From an uncultured Poribacteria bacterium (GTDB taxonomy: Bacteria; Poribacteria; WGA-4E; WGA-3G), in NCBI GenBank assembly GCA_958296135.2, contig CATQHZ020000001.1, forward strand, positions 4,544,001 to 4,608,000: a stretch of DNA of 64,000 nt, read 5' to 3'. The notes under the pieces were generated by a model. The model made no database searches. It was not told the DNA's origin and worked only from the letters and a program-made list of their open reading frames with translations. Position numbers and translations under genes: made by a program. Positions 26,520 through 37,207 of the stretch are shown here, piece by piece (the first letter of the stretch is position 1; every line of letters starts with the position of its first letter).

Positions 26520-27435
26520 GGGGCCCTTTTCACCGTCGGCCCCTTTTCACCGTAGCGCGAGGGCCCGGCGATCTCCCTTCAAAACGGCCCTTTTAACCGT
26601 AGCGCGAGGGCCTGTCCCTCGCGATCTCTCGATCCCTCAAAACGGCCCTTATTAACCGTAGCGCGAGGGCCTGTCCCTCGCGATCTCTCGACCGATAAGA
26701 AAGGCCCCCTTTCACCCTCGCGCGCGGGAAAACCTGTTCCTCGCGAACCCTCTTGATAGACCGATGCATGGCGCAGCACAGGACCGCGCCCTACGGAACT
26801 AAGGGGCCCTTTTCACCGACGGGCCCTTTTCACCGTAGCGCGAGGGCCTGTCCCTCGCGATCGTTCGCGCGACAAGAAGGGCCCCTTTTCACCGATGCAT
26901 GGCGCAGCACAGGACCGCGCCCTACGGACTAAGGGGCCCTTTCACCATCGCGCAAGAACCTGTCCCTCGCAATCCCTCTTGATAGACCGATGCATGGCGC
27001 AGCACAGGACCGCGCCCTACGGAACTAAGGGGCCCTTTCACCATCGCGCAAGAACCTGTCCCTCGCAATCCCTCTTGATAGACCGATGCATGGCGCAGCA
27101 CAGGACCGCGCCCTACGGAACTAAGGCATGCATGGCGCGGCACAGGACCGCGCCCTACGGAACTAAGGGGCCCTTTTCACCGACGGCCCCTTTTAACCGT
27201 AGCGCGAGGGCCGTCACGCCGAAACTTTGTCATCTCTGCCGCCTCGCTGCAGAGATGTCCACTGTCCCTCGCGATCGCTCGACCGACACGAAAAACACCC
27301 GAAACCCCAGGGCTACCGCCATCTCCGTTGCGGATCGATGCATGGCGCGGCACAGGACCGCGCCCTACGGACTAAGCCCCCTTTTCACCGATGCATGGCG
27401 CGGCACAGGACCGCGCCCTACGGAACGCAGCGCGG
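26520..27435. repeat. REP/REPIN-like array 2
   Basis: Same units as array 1, with internal tandem duplications around 26895-27130. Confidence 0.9.
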
Positions 27436-27443
27436 TCCCCCTT

Positions 27444-27914
27444 TTAACCATCCCCCGCAATCCCCCGCGCAAGAACATAAGCATCTTGACCAGGGCCATA
27501 ATAATTCTTGCGCAGGCGACAGATGCGAAATCCAAATTGCCGATAGAGAGAATGCGCCGCTACATTCGCAACATCTACCTCCAAAAAGACCTGGGTTCCG
27601 CCGTTCGCCGCAATAATTTCCAATGTCGTAGCGAGGAGATATTTCGCAAGCCCGCGCCGCCGATATGCAGCAGCAACGGCGAGATTGAAGAGATGTCCCT
27701 CATCACAGACTATCCGAAACACCACGTAGCCGACGATGCATTCGTCAAGCCGGGCGACATAAAAATGCTCGTTCGGCTTCGGGTTGCGAAGCCCCATTCG
27801 GAAATAGGATGCGTGCCACGGGGACGTGAACGCCTCGTTTTCAATCTCCATCACCTGCTGCAAATCTGCCGGTTGCATCTTCTCGAAAACCACGGCTGGA
27901 AACGGATTTTCCAT
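27444..27914 (-). CDS. rimI: Ribosomal-protein-alanine N-acetyltransferase
   Basis: Motifs IENEAFTSPW, NLAV, RRRGLA, LEV, LYRQFGF and RKNYY...DA. Confidence 0.88.
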   Translation of the reverse strand: MENPFPAVVFEKMQPADLQQVMEIENEAFTSPWHASYFRMGLRNPKPNEHFYVARLDECIVGYVVFRIVCDEGHLFNLAVAAAYRRRGLAKYLLATTLEIIAANGGTQVFLEVDVANVAAHSLYRQFGFRICRLRKNYYGPGQDAYVLARGIAGDG

Positions 27915-27986
27915 GGTGAGGCACCAATGAACGTTGAAAAAATAGCAGCGAGCACGGAGTTATCGTCAGGCGAAGTCCACAAACAT

Positions 27987-29336
27987 TTATTTCGCCAAAT
28001 TTCGTGCTTCTTTGAACTTCCGCTTTGCGAATTGTCCCCACTCTTTGAGTTTCTCGTTGCGGAACCCCGGGTCTTTCCATTCGGCGGTGGCGAACTGCAT
28101 CGCCTCTTCTTCGGAGAGCGGCATCTGCGTGAGGACGGCTATGGCTGCCTCGCGCTTCGCCGCGTCTTTGCATGTCCCAATCGCCTTCCACGCGTTCCCC
28201 AGGTCTTTGTGCGAATCAATGATAAGCACGCCGAAAAGGTCGTTGACGATATCCCACCGAGCCCCGCCTTTCTTCGCATCGTATTGGAACGGCGTGAACC
28301 CGAGCGTGAACGGATTTGTCACGATGCACCGGTCCCCGAGTTTATCGTAGAGCGCGGGGAGCACACTTGCGCGGTTCAACCCGCCTGCCCACGTCGGGCC
28401 CTCCGGATCCGTGTCCGGAAGCATCCAGAGTTTTTGGCCGCGCTCAGAAAGGACAAATTCGATGAACTTTCGCGCCACCTCCAGATTCGGCGCGCCTTTG
28501 AGAATAGCGATCGAGTCCGGGTTGACGACGGTCCCATCACTCGGCATGACGTACTTAATTTTATCGGCACCGACAACGACAATCTGTCCGTATGCGTAAA
28601 AATCAATCGCCATCCCATAAATGACCTCGCCTGTCACCACGTCTTTCGGAATAGCGTTTGCCCCGGCAGAGAATCTTCGCACGTTCCCGCCGATTTTTGT
28701 GAGGAGCGCGAACCCATCTTCCCACCCGTGGGTTTGGAGAATGATTTCATACATCATGTGCGCAGAGCCGCTCTCCCTCGGGTCAGCCGCACCGATTTTA
28801 CCGCGCAACGCTGGCGCACCTAAATCCTGCCACGCTTCTGCCGCCGGGAGCCCAAGCAGCACTCGCAACTCATCGTTGGACATAATGCCGAAACTTGATA
28901 ACGCCGCGCCATACCACTGATACTCCGCATCGTAAACCGGAATACCGTGGAAGGATTGCGGAATCTGTTCCAGTTGTGCCGCCGGCAGTTTGTAGGGGCT
29001 CAAGAGGTTTTGCGATGCGAGACGCAGGTAACTGTCGGTGCCGCCACCGAAAAACAGGTCGATGCCGATGCCTTCGGGGACGCGCTTAAACTCCGAGTCG
29101 ATAAACCGGTAGTTAGAAGAGGTGCCGCCGACATCGCGCCAATCGACTTCAACGCTCCTGCCGGTCTGCGCTTGATACCACTTCTTGAAATTTTTATCAA
29201 ATTCCGTCTGAATGCCCTCCGAGTGCGGTGAGATGATAATGAGTTCATCCCGTGCAAATAGGGCAGTGGGCAGTGCTAGCAGACAGAACATTATTCCGAT
29301 TAAGCACTCCAGCGGAGTGCAATGTCTATAGAACAC
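27987..29336 (-). CDS. ABC transporter substrate-binding protein (AfuA/Fe3+-like)
   Basis: Signal peptide; motifs IISPH, DLFFGGG, ADPRESGS and PDSIAILKGAPN. Confidence 0.85.
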   Translation of the reverse strand: MFYRHCTPLECLIGIMFCLLALPTALFARDELIIISPHSEGIQTEFDKNFKKWYQAQTGRSVEVDWRDVGGTSSNYRFIDSEFKRVPEGIGIDLFFGGGTDSYLRLASQNLLSPYKLPAAQLEQIPQSFHGIPVYDAEYQWYGAALSSFGIMSNDELRVLLGLPAAEAWQDLGAPALRGKIGAADPRESGSAHMMYEIILQTHGWEDGFALLTKIGGNVRRFSAGANAIPKDVVTGEVIYGMAIDFYAYGQIVVVGADKIKYVMPSDGTVVNPDSIAILKGAPNLEVARKFIEFVLSERGQKLWMLPDTDPEGPTWAGGLNRASVLPALYDKLGDRCIVTNPFTLGFTPFQYDAKKGGARWDIVNDLFGVLIIDSHKDLGNAWKAIGTCKDAAKREAAIAVLTQMPLSEEEAMQFATAEWKDPGFRNEKLKEWGQFAKRKFKEARNLAK

Positions 29337-29369
29337 AGGTTTGATTCTCCTTTATAATTTTTCCTAACA

Positions 29370-30250
29370 ACAGCCCCTTTTAACCGTCGCGCGGCCTGTC
29401 CCCCGCGAACCCCTTGATAGACCCAAGCATGGCGCAGCACAGGACCGCGCCCTACGGACTAAGGGCCCTTTTCACCGACGGCCCCTTTTAACCGTAGCGC
29501 GAGGGCCCGGCGATCTCCCTTCAAAACGGCCCTTTTAACCGTAGCGCGAGGGCCGTCACGCCGAAACTTTGTCATCTCTGCCGCCTCGCTGCAGAGATGT
29601 CCACTGTCCCTCGCGATCTCTCGACCGACACGAAAAACACCCGAAACCCCAGGGCTACCGCCATCTCCGTTGCGGATCGATGCATGGCGCGGCACAGGAC
29701 CGCGCCCTACGGACGAAAGGGGCATTTTCACCGACGGCCCCTTTTAACCGTAGCGCGAGGGCCTGTCCCTCGCGATCTCACCCGCCACCAAACATACCCC
29801 TTTTAACCGTAGCGCGAGGGACAGGCGAGCGCGAATCGCCGAGGGTTCCACTCGCGAACCCCTTGATAGACCGACGCAAGGCGAGGGCCTGTCCCTCGCG
29901 ATCTCACCCCCAAACAAAAAAACACCAACAACCCGAAAAAACGATTTCATCGGCAGACCGCAGCACGGCGAGGGACAGGCCCTCGCCCTACGGACTAAGG
30001 GGCATTTTCACCGAGGCATGGCGCGGCACAGGACCGCGCCCTACGGACTAAGGGGCCCTTTTAACCGAAGCATGGCGCGGCACAGGACCGCGCCCTACAG
30101 ACTAAGGGGCCCTTTTAACCGACGGGCCCTTTTAACCGTAGCGCGAGGGCCTGTCCCTCGCGATCTCACCCGCCACCAAACATACCCCTTTTCATCGCAG
30201 CGCGAGGGAAAACCCGGCGAGCGCGAATCGCCGAGGGTTCCACTCGCGAG
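29370..30250. repeat. REP/REPIN-like array 3
   Basis: Same units, with long near-identical blocks shared with array 2. Confidence 0.9.
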
Positions 30251-30254
30251 CGTC

Positions 30255-30389
30255 CTACAGGCGCGACACAATCGCCGGCATCTTCCACACAAGAACGATA
30301 ATGCCAACAAGCAAAATAAGATACCACACGATTAAGGTTCGGATGCGCGTCCGCTTGAAGATGGGACGCCGCGGGCGTTGCAATTTCAT
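30255..30389 (-). CDS. Small 44-aa single-pass membrane protein (not in the ORF track)
   Basis: AAGGAG RBS; MKLQRPRRPIFKRTRIRTLIVWYLILLVGIIVLVWKMPAIVSRL*. Confidence 0.6.
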   Translation of the reverse strand: MKLQRPRRPIFKRTRIRTLIVWYLILLVGIIVLVWKMPAIVSRL

Positions 30390-30444
30390 CAGAGCTCCTT
30401 GCACGATTGGAAACCGCGCTTACCAGGGGTGCAAACCTCAAGGT

Positions 30445-31398
30445 TCAAGCCCGTTTCTTCCACGGGGTTGAGATTCCGTGTTTGACAGCTTTGATGCTAG
30501 AAATCCCGTAATCGAAGACTGTCTCGATATTGAATTCAAAGCCTTCGTAGCCGACTTTCTCGCCGGCACGCGGCAATCTGCCGAGCAGCATGAGGATAAA
30601 GCCGCCGATAGTATCACACCGGTTCGTGGCGATGCCGATGCCTAATTCAAGGTTGACATCGGCGATGGCGGCACGTGCATCAAGCCGCCACGCACCTTTG
30701 CCGAGTTTCTCAACGCGCGGCGCATCGCGCTTCCGATTCCCAGCTATCTCGCCGACAATCTTCTCTAAAATATCGATTAATTCGACAAACCCGACGCAAC
30801 TGCCGTGCTCGTTAATCACGATGGCAACCGGCATCTCAGACTGCCGCAGCTCCTCCATCAACTCGATAGCCGGCTTCACTTCCGGCACATAATACACCTC
30901 CCTCACGAAAGAGGAAAGATCCTCGAAATGCTGGCCGGTTGCAAGCACCTCCACGGTGTTGATGACACCGAGGAGCCAGTCAATCCGTTCGTTATAGATA
31001 GGAATGTAACGGTAGTTGAATTGATGATAGAGCTCGCGGACTTCTATAGAGGACGAAGCCAAAGTCAAGGCGACTATCTCCGACAGCGGCACCATCACTT
31101 CGCGCGTCGTCCGTGTTGTCAAAGAGAAGACAGCGCGTAGCAACTGCGCCTCCTTTTCCGGAAACGCATCGATGTTCTCTAATAGCAGTTTCCCGAGCTG
31201 CTCGCGCGAGGGAGTCGCACTCCGTTTTAACCCGCCGAAGAACCCGCGCTTCTGCTGCTTTACCTCCTGTTCGTCATAGACAACAAGCGCGTCAGAGTCA
31301 ACGAATTGAACGTTCGCGCCTTCCTGTTTACCCGGTTCAAGCGCAGGATTCTTTTTCTGTTCTGGATTTTGGGATTTCATATCGCTCATATCGCTCAT
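30445..31398 (-). CDS. CBS-pair plus CorC/HlyC domain protein (CorC-like, no TM domain)
   Basis: Motifs REVMVP, YYVPE, AIVINEHG, DILEKIVGEI and DTIGGF. The start is uncertain. Confidence 0.82.
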   Translation of the reverse strand: MSDMSDMKSQNPEQKKNPALEPGKQEGANVQFVDSDALVVYDEQEVKQQKRGFFGGLKRSATPSREQLGKLLLENIDAFPEKEAQLLRAVFSLTTRTTREVMVPLSEIVALTLASSSIEVRELYHQFNYRYIPIYNERIDWLLGVINTVEVLATGQHFEDLSSFVREVYYVPEVKPAIELMEELRQSEMPVAIVINEHGSCVGFVELIDILEKIVGEIAGNRKRDAPRVEKLGKGAWRLDARAAIADVNLELGIGIATNRCDTIGGFILMLLGRLPRAGEKVGYEGFEFNIETVFDYGISSIKAVKHGISTPWKKRA

Positions 31399-31599
31399 AG
31401 TTCGCATATCTCGCAAGACAAGTATTTTTCCGTGGGAAACGGGCGGAGACTTAACGACATCCGCCCTGACAGACACAGGCTGTGCACGCGCTCCGAAAAC
31501 GCCGCCCGCCTTAATTACCGAAACTTCGTTAGAGGCTTAATAACTACAAAGAGCTCTCCTCCTGATGAAAACGCAAACCGGCGCGCTAAGGTTTCAGAA

Positions 31600-32436
31600 T
31601 CACGCGAAAGCAGTGAGCGTCAACTCCGTCTTCCCGCCGAGCCCCGCGACCACGGGGAACGTGCGTTCCGCCGGTTTGCCACCCTTTGGCACATACCGGA
31701 CTCTCGGCGAAAAATAGGCATAAAGCGCGGTGTTGCGCGGATTCGGCGAGGCATTCGGGCCTGAGCCATGCACCATGAGGCTATGGAAAAACAGGGCACT
31801 GCCAGCGGCAAGCGGCACATCCATTTGCTGTTGGGCCACATCCTGCCGCTCTGTCAACGCTGCATCTTGTTGGCGCGCGATGTTCCCCCATTCCTGCATG
31901 CCCCACAGATGGCTCCTCGGAATCACCTTGAAACAGCCGTTCTCCGGCGTTGCCTCGTTGAGCGCAAGACTCACCGTGACAAGGTGCGGCGGTTCCATCG
32001 GCCAATACGCAGAATCCTGATGCAACCCGTGCGATGAACCGTGGAACGCCGGTTTGAACATCAAGGTGCTTCTGAACAGCAGCAAATCCTCACCGATTAA
32101 GTTCTGGACGACTTCAATCAGTTTGGGATGCTGCGCCAAATTCCGAAACACTTCGGAATACTCGCGCGTGTTCTCCGCCTTCCGCAGCACGGGTAACCTA
32201 TCCCCTTGCGTCTCATCTTTGGCAAAGGGTTCGTGCTGCACGTGCCGGCGTGCGACATCCGCCACCCCTTTCTCCGGGGCAGCTTCCTGCCCGGCGGCGA
32301 ACTGATGCAACCGGTGAATCTCGGCTTGACACGTTTCAACCTCCGCCGGTGAGAGCAGGTTCTCAACGACGAGATAGCCCTCTCTCTCAAAAGTTTTTGT
32401 CATTCGCAATGCGTTCGGTAAGGGTTTTCCTTGCAA
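31600..32436 (-). CDS. Phytanoyl-CoA dioxygenase (PhyH) family protein
   Basis: Motifs FEREGYL, HQDSAYW, ATPENGC, PRSH and HGSGPN. Likely TTG start behind AAGGAG. Confidence 0.87.
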   Translation of the reverse strand: MQGKPLPNALRMTKTFEREGYLVVENLLSPAEVETCQAEIHRLHQFAAGQEAAPEKGVADVARRHVQHEPFAKDETQGDRLPVLRKAENTREYSEVFRNLAQHPKLIEVVQNLIGEDLLLFRSTLMFKPAFHGSSHGLHQDSAYWPMEPPHLVTVSLALNEATPENGCFKVIPRSHLWGMQEWGNIARQQDAALTERQDVAQQQMDVPLAAGSALFFHSLMVHGSGPNASPNPRNTALYAYFSPRVRYVPKGGKPAERTFPVVAGLGGKTELTLTAFA

Positions 32437-32497
32437 AATGATTCTCCTTCCGTTATCCGTCATCGACGTTGTCAATGACACCGTTTTGGATGCGAAT

Positions 32498-33967
32498 TCA
32501 TCCGCCGATGAGTTGTTTCACTTCCCAGACAATGCTTGAAATCGCGAAGCCGATGTAGACACACGACGCGATGAGCATCATGCCGGTAGAGAGCCGCTTC
32601 GGTTTCGCAAACTCAGGCAAAAAGCGGTGATTCATATAGAGTGTCAGCGGCACATAGATTGCCATTGCAAAACCGCCCATGTAGGCGGCGTTAAAGAGAA
32701 ATCCTAATTCAGTGACGTGCAACTGCTCCATGACGAAAGTGATGACACACCCGCCGACAATCCATATGCCCGCGATGATGAGATACCACCAACTCAAGCT
32801 GCGTTTCTGTGCGCCGCGAAAGTTGGTGTAGATAATATCGGAAATAGAGCGCGCCACGCCATCAACAAGGGCCAGCTGCGTGCCGAAAAGCGTGGCCACG
32901 CCGACAAGTAGGAAGATGCGCTTGCCGGGCTCCCCCCAGATTGTGCCTAAAATGTTTGCTTCGTCATAAATGAGCTGCCCCGCCTCCGGCACAATCCCCG
33001 CCGGACGCAAAACGGCGAGCGCACCGAAAATGAAGAGCAGAATCGTGAACGTGTTCAAGGCCCAAAAGAAGAGCACCTGGTCGCGCTTGACATAAGTCCA
33101 CCACGCCGTGAAGCGGTTGCGGTTCTCTTCTGTATCCTCAAACAGAAATCCGGTGGCCGGGGCCGTCTCAGTCCTACCGCGCAGCGGGTTTTGGAGCCCC
33201 GGTAATTGCGCGCCCATCCCAATATTTTTGTCCCGGAGATAGAACGTATAGAAAAGATTCGCCGTGCCACCTGCACCCGCGAACACCAACGCGATAAAAA
33301 ACTGTTTTACCGTCATACCCGGGTCTTTGTAACCCCAGTTTATCAAACCCGCACCGAGCTCCTTCCACGTATCCAGTGAACCGACAGCAATCGCAACGAC
33401 AATCAGCCCGATTGTGACTACGGCGACAAGTGCTTCTACGGTGTGCTCCACGGATTGATAAACCAGCTTCGGCCCGAAGAGGATGAGCGCGACGGCTGCG
33501 AAGGTGACGACTGTCCAGAATGTATCTGAACCCCAACTCTCGGGGCCGAGAATCAGTGCCTTGAGCGCGAGTCCCGAGGCACGCGCCCAGCCCGGTGCAA
33601 TCCAACCCACGACAGTTAGCAAGATGAACAACGGCGCGAAGCCACGCCAAATGCGGCTATAGCCGGTATAGACAGTCTCGCCGGTAGCGATTGTCCAGCG
33701 GCCCACCTCAAAGTTAATCCAGATTTGGAGGAACACGCCGAGGACTGCCGCCCATACCATGCTCCCGCCATATTGCGCGGCGATACGGGGCCAGATCACG
33801 ATTTCGCCAGCACCTATAGAGAGCCCGACTAAGATGGCACCGGGGCCCGCAATCTTCCAGAAGGATAACTTTTTCTCGGGCATCTCAACGATTTTGAAAT
33901 CGTCAAGCGGTTGATAAAATTTTTTGTTGTTCACAAGACGTTCAATGAGGGTTTTCGGTACAAGCAT
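32498..33967 (-). CDS. Nramp-like/APC-fold membrane transporter
   Basis: GPGAILVGLSIGAGE, many TM segments and FAGAGG. Confidence 0.75.
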   Translation of the reverse strand: MLVPKTLIERLVNNKKFYQPLDDFKIVEMPEKKLSFWKIAGPGAILVGLSIGAGEIVIWPRIAAQYGGSMVWAAVLGVFLQIWINFEVGRWTIATGETVYTGYSRIWRGFAPLFILLTVVGWIAPGWARASGLALKALILGPESWGSDTFWTVVTFAAVALILFGPKLVYQSVEHTVEALVAVVTIGLIVVAIAVGSLDTWKELGAGLINWGYKDPGMTVKQFFIALVFAGAGGTANLFYTFYLRDKNIGMGAQLPGLQNPLRGRTETAPATGFLFEDTEENRNRFTAWWTYVKRDQVLFFWALNTFTILLFIFGALAVLRPAGIVPEAGQLIYDEANILGTIWGEPGKRIFLLVGVATLFGTQLALVDGVARSISDIIYTNFRGAQKRSLSWWYLIIAGIWIVGGCVITFVMEQLHVTELGFLFNAAYMGGFAMAIYVPLTLYMNHRFLPEFAKPKRLSTGMMLIASCVYIGFAISSIVWEVKQLIGG

Positions 33968-34041
33968 GTCTGTCTCCGTCTATCCATCATCGCTCCATCA
34001 TCGCTCCATCATTGCCAACGACGATGACACCGTTTTCGGTG

Positions 34042-37020
34042 CTAGTCTGACAAACGAATCGCCTCGCGTAACAATTCAATAGGGTGCTTGGGCAGCACGC
34101 CGGTGCCGTGTTCCAATTGATGCCGACAGGAGAAACCGGGAGCACTGAGCGTTACACCGCTCGCCAGACTTTCACGGACAGCGGGAAAAAGCCGCAGCTC
34201 GCCAATTTTCAGAGAGAGTTCATAATGCGCTTTTTCATAACCGAACGCGCCTGCCATCCCACAGCAACTCGAATCAATCACCGTGACATCGTGCCCAGGC
34301 GGTAAACTGAGCATTTCCACCGTCGGTTGGATACCGACGAGGGCCCGTTGATGGCAGTGTCCATGTAGCAAGATGTCGCGAGGGTTGTCCGTAAATTGCA
34401 TCGCGAAGTCAGGTGTCTCCGCTACGTGCCGCATCAAAAATTCCTCAAACGAACAGGTGGCTTCGGCGACGCGTTTGGCCTCAGGCGTGCTGATGAGCGC
34501 AACGTAATCATCGGTGAACGTGGAGGTGCAGCTCGGTTCACACCCGATAATCGGGATGCCCGCGTCGGCGTATTGACTGAGAGACGCGATGTTGTAACGC
34601 GCATTCTCACTCGCCTTCTCCAGCATGCCCTCGGAAATCAGCGGGCGGCCGCAACACCGCTTCTCCGGTAAGATGACGGTGAACCCTAATGCTTCCAACA
34701 CCTCAACGGCAGCCTTTCCGATAGCAGGCTCACTGTAGTTCATGAACGTATCGGGAAATAGCACCACCTTATGCTGTCCAGGCCGCTGTTTATCTCCGCC
34801 CGCCGCTCGCCGCTTACCGAACCACTGCGTGAAGGTAGGCCGGACAAACGTCGGCATCTCTCGCCGCCTGTCCACACCGAGCAATCTCTCGGCAAGCCAC
34901 TTGGAAATCCCGTTGTTCACTGCCCAATTAGAAAAAGGCGCGAACGCTGAACCGAACGGTGCCAGCGAGGCAATCTCCCCAAAAAGCCGCCGATGCAACG
35001 GAAGCCCATTCGCTTTGTGGTAATGCGCAAGCACCTCATACTTAATCTTCGCCATATCCACGTTAGACGGACACTCCGCTTTGCACGCCTTGCACCCAAG
35101 GCACAAATCCAGCACTTCATAGAGCCGCTCGCTAGTGAATTCGGTGTGCGGCAAAGCCCCAGAGATGACAGAACGGAGCGCGTTGGCGCGGCCGCGCGTG
35201 GAATGCTCCTCTTCGCGAGTGCCGATAAAGGAGGGACACATCGTGCCAGTAAGCGTTTTTCTGCACGCGCCGACACCGTTGCACATCTCAATAGCCCCGC
35301 CGAACCCATCCTGATTTGAGAAATCGAAGTAGGTATCAATCTCAATAGTGTTGTATTTCGCACCGAAGCGGAGGTTCTCTGTCATGGGGGGCGCATCGAT
35401 GATTTTGCCGGGGTTCATGATACCGCGCGGATCGAAGGCGTTTTTCACCTCGCGGAGGGCTTGGTAAATCTGCGGGCCGAACATGCTCTCAAGCCACTCG
35501 CTTCGGACGAGCCCGTCGCCGTGTTCGCCGCTCATCGCACCGCCGAGTTCCAGCAACAAGTCGCGCACTTCGCGCGCGATATCGTGCATCTTCTGGATAT
35601 CCGCCTCGGACTTAAGATTCACAATAGGCCGGTTGTGCAACAGCCCGACGCTGGCGTGCGCGTAGTAGGCAGCTGTTGTATCGTGCGCGGTGACAATCTG
35701 CTCAAAACGGCGAACGTATTCGGGGAGGTGCTCTATCGGCACGGCGGCATCTTCCACGAAGCCCACCGGCTTTGCATCGCCCTTCATGCCCATCAGCAAG
35801 CCGAGCCCAGCCTTTCGGGTGTCCCAGACGCGCGCCTTCTCCGCCGCTGTGAGGCACCGCACGAACGCATAACCGAATCCCGCGCGACGCAACGTCTCCT
35901 CAAGCCTATCCAATTGCGCGTGCAGTTCTGCCGCCGACTCACCATAGAATTCCACGGCGAGGAGGGCCGCCGGCTCTCCCTCAATAAAGGTGGTAACGCG
36001 TGAGAATTCCAGCGAGCCGCGCGTCATGTCCAATATCGTTTTGTCGATGAGCTCTACCGCCGTCGGTTCACACGCTAAGATGGGTTGCATCGCCTCCATC
36101 GAAGCAACGAGCGTCTCAAAATGCACAACGCAGAGCGCCGTCATTTTTGGCACGGGGACGAGGTTAACCGTCGCCTCAACGGTGGTTGCGAGTGTACCTT
36201 CGGAGCCGACAAGGATTTTCGCCAGACTCAACGGACGTTCTGCATCGCATCCGTCTCGGCGGTAGGGCGTTACTTCTTTCGAGCCAGCGTTGGGGACAAA
36301 CTCGTCAAGGTTATAGCCAGCAACGCGACGCAAGATGCGCGGGTATCTCTTCCGAATCTCCGCCGCGTTGTCGTCACAAATGCGGCAGAGCTCGCGATAA
36401 ATGTGCGCCTCTAACGAATCGCCACGCTGTTTCGCCGCCAATGCCGCCTGCGATATCGGGGCGGCTGTTATCTCATCAGCATTGGCAAGAACCAAATCAA
36501 GCGACATGACGTGATCTACCGTTTTGCCGTAGATGAGGGAATGCGAGCCAGCTGAGTTGTTTCCGATGGTGCCACCGACGTTCGCGCGACTGCTGGTGGC
36601 AACATCGGGGGCATACATGAGGCCGTGCGGTTTGAGACGATGGTTCAATTCGTCAAGCACGATACCGGGTTGCACGCGCGCCCAATGCTCCTCGACATTC
36701 ACCTCAAGGAGCGCGTTCATGTATTTGGACATATCCAGCACAACCGCTTCGCCAACGCTTTGCCCAGCGAGGCTGGTGCCGCCGCCGCGCGGCAAAATCG
36801 GCACGTCGCGCTCAGCAGCGATTTGCACCGTTGTGATAACGTCCTGCTTATGTTTCGGAATCACAACGCCTATCGGTTGCATCTGGTAGAGGCTCGCATC
36901 CGTGCTGTAGAGGGCCCTGGAATACCGGTCGAATCGGACTTCACCCGCCAGTGCATCAGCGAGGCGTTGTTCAAGTGCCGTTGTGGAAGTGTTCATATTG
37001 GCTCTAAAACGGGCGGACAT
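34042..37020 (-). CDS. FAD-linked oxidase with Fe-S and CCG domains (GlcD/GlcF fusion, YdiJ-like)
   Basis: Motifs RGGGTSLAGQ, GSEGTL, GEHGDG, CNGVGAC, CLGCKACKAECP and CCG. Confidence 0.9.
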   Translation of the reverse strand: MSARFRANMNTSTTALEQRLADALAGEVRFDRYSRALYSTDASLYQMQPIGVVIPKHKQDVITTVQIAAERDVPILPRGGGTSLAGQSVGEAVVLDMSKYMNALLEVNVEEHWARVQPGIVLDELNHRLKPHGLMYAPDVATSSRANVGGTIGNNSAGSHSLIYGKTVDHVMSLDLVLANADEITAAPISQAALAAKQRGDSLEAHIYRELCRICDDNAAEIRKRYPRILRRVAGYNLDEFVPNAGSKEVTPYRRDGCDAERPLSLAKILVGSEGTLATTVEATVNLVPVPKMTALCVVHFETLVASMEAMQPILACEPTAVELIDKTILDMTRGSLEFSRVTTFIEGEPAALLAVEFYGESAAELHAQLDRLEETLRRAGFGYAFVRCLTAAEKARVWDTRKAGLGLLMGMKGDAKPVGFVEDAAVPIEHLPEYVRRFEQIVTAHDTTAAYYAHASVGLLHNRPIVNLKSEADIQKMHDIAREVRDLLLELGGAMSGEHGDGLVRSEWLESMFGPQIYQALREVKNAFDPRGIMNPGKIIDAPPMTENLRFGAKYNTIEIDTYFDFSNQDGFGGAIEMCNGVGACRKTLTGTMCPSFIGTREEEHSTRGRANALRSVISGALPHTEFTSERLYEVLDLCLGCKACKAECPSNVDMAKIKYEVLAHYHKANGLPLHRRLFGEIASLAPFGSAFAPFSNWAVNNGISKWLAERLLGVDRRREMPTFVRPTFTQWFGKRRAAGGDKQRPGQHKVVLFPDTFMNYSEPAIGKAAVEVLEALGFTVILPEKRCCGRPLISEGMLEKASENARYNIASLSQYADAGIPIIGCEPSCTSTFTDDYVALISTPEAKRVAEATCSFEEFLMRHVAETPDFAMQFTDNPRDILLHGHCHQRALVGIQPTVEMLSLPPGHDVTVIDSSCCGMAGAFGYEKAHYELSLKIGELRLFPAVRESLASGVTLSAPGFSCRHQLEHGTGVLPKHPIELLREAIRLSD

Positions 37021-37081
37021 GGAAAACCGCCCTTAACAAAATGGCGAATTTTGGAAAAAAAATAAAAAATCACAAAAAAAT

Positions 37082-37110
37082 TTGACATTGCCGCGAAAAT
37101 AGGGTATAAT
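37082..37110 (+). promoter_or_regulatory. Consensus sigma70 promoter for tRNA-Leu
   Basis: TTGACA-17 nt-TATAAT. Confidence 0.85.
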
Positions 37111-37123
37111 TAAATATTAGAAC

Positions 37124-37207
37124 GCCCCTGTGGTGGAATTTGGTATACACAGCAGGTTGAGGGCCTGTGCCTTAATTGGCATGCTGGTTCGAGTCCAGTC
37201 GGGGGCA
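37124..37207 (+). tRNA. tRNA-Leu(GAG)
   Basis: Acceptor GCCCCTG/CGGGGGC, anticodon loop TTGAGGG, long variable arm and GGTTCGAGTCC. CCA is not encoded. Confidence 0.93.

Noticed and set aside
26895-28823. 642-aa plus-strand ORF
   Set aside because: It is made of REP repeat translations plus the antisense of rimI and the binding-protein gene. The same applies to the repeat-derived ORFs at 9763-10586, 20825-22035 and 29459-30441.
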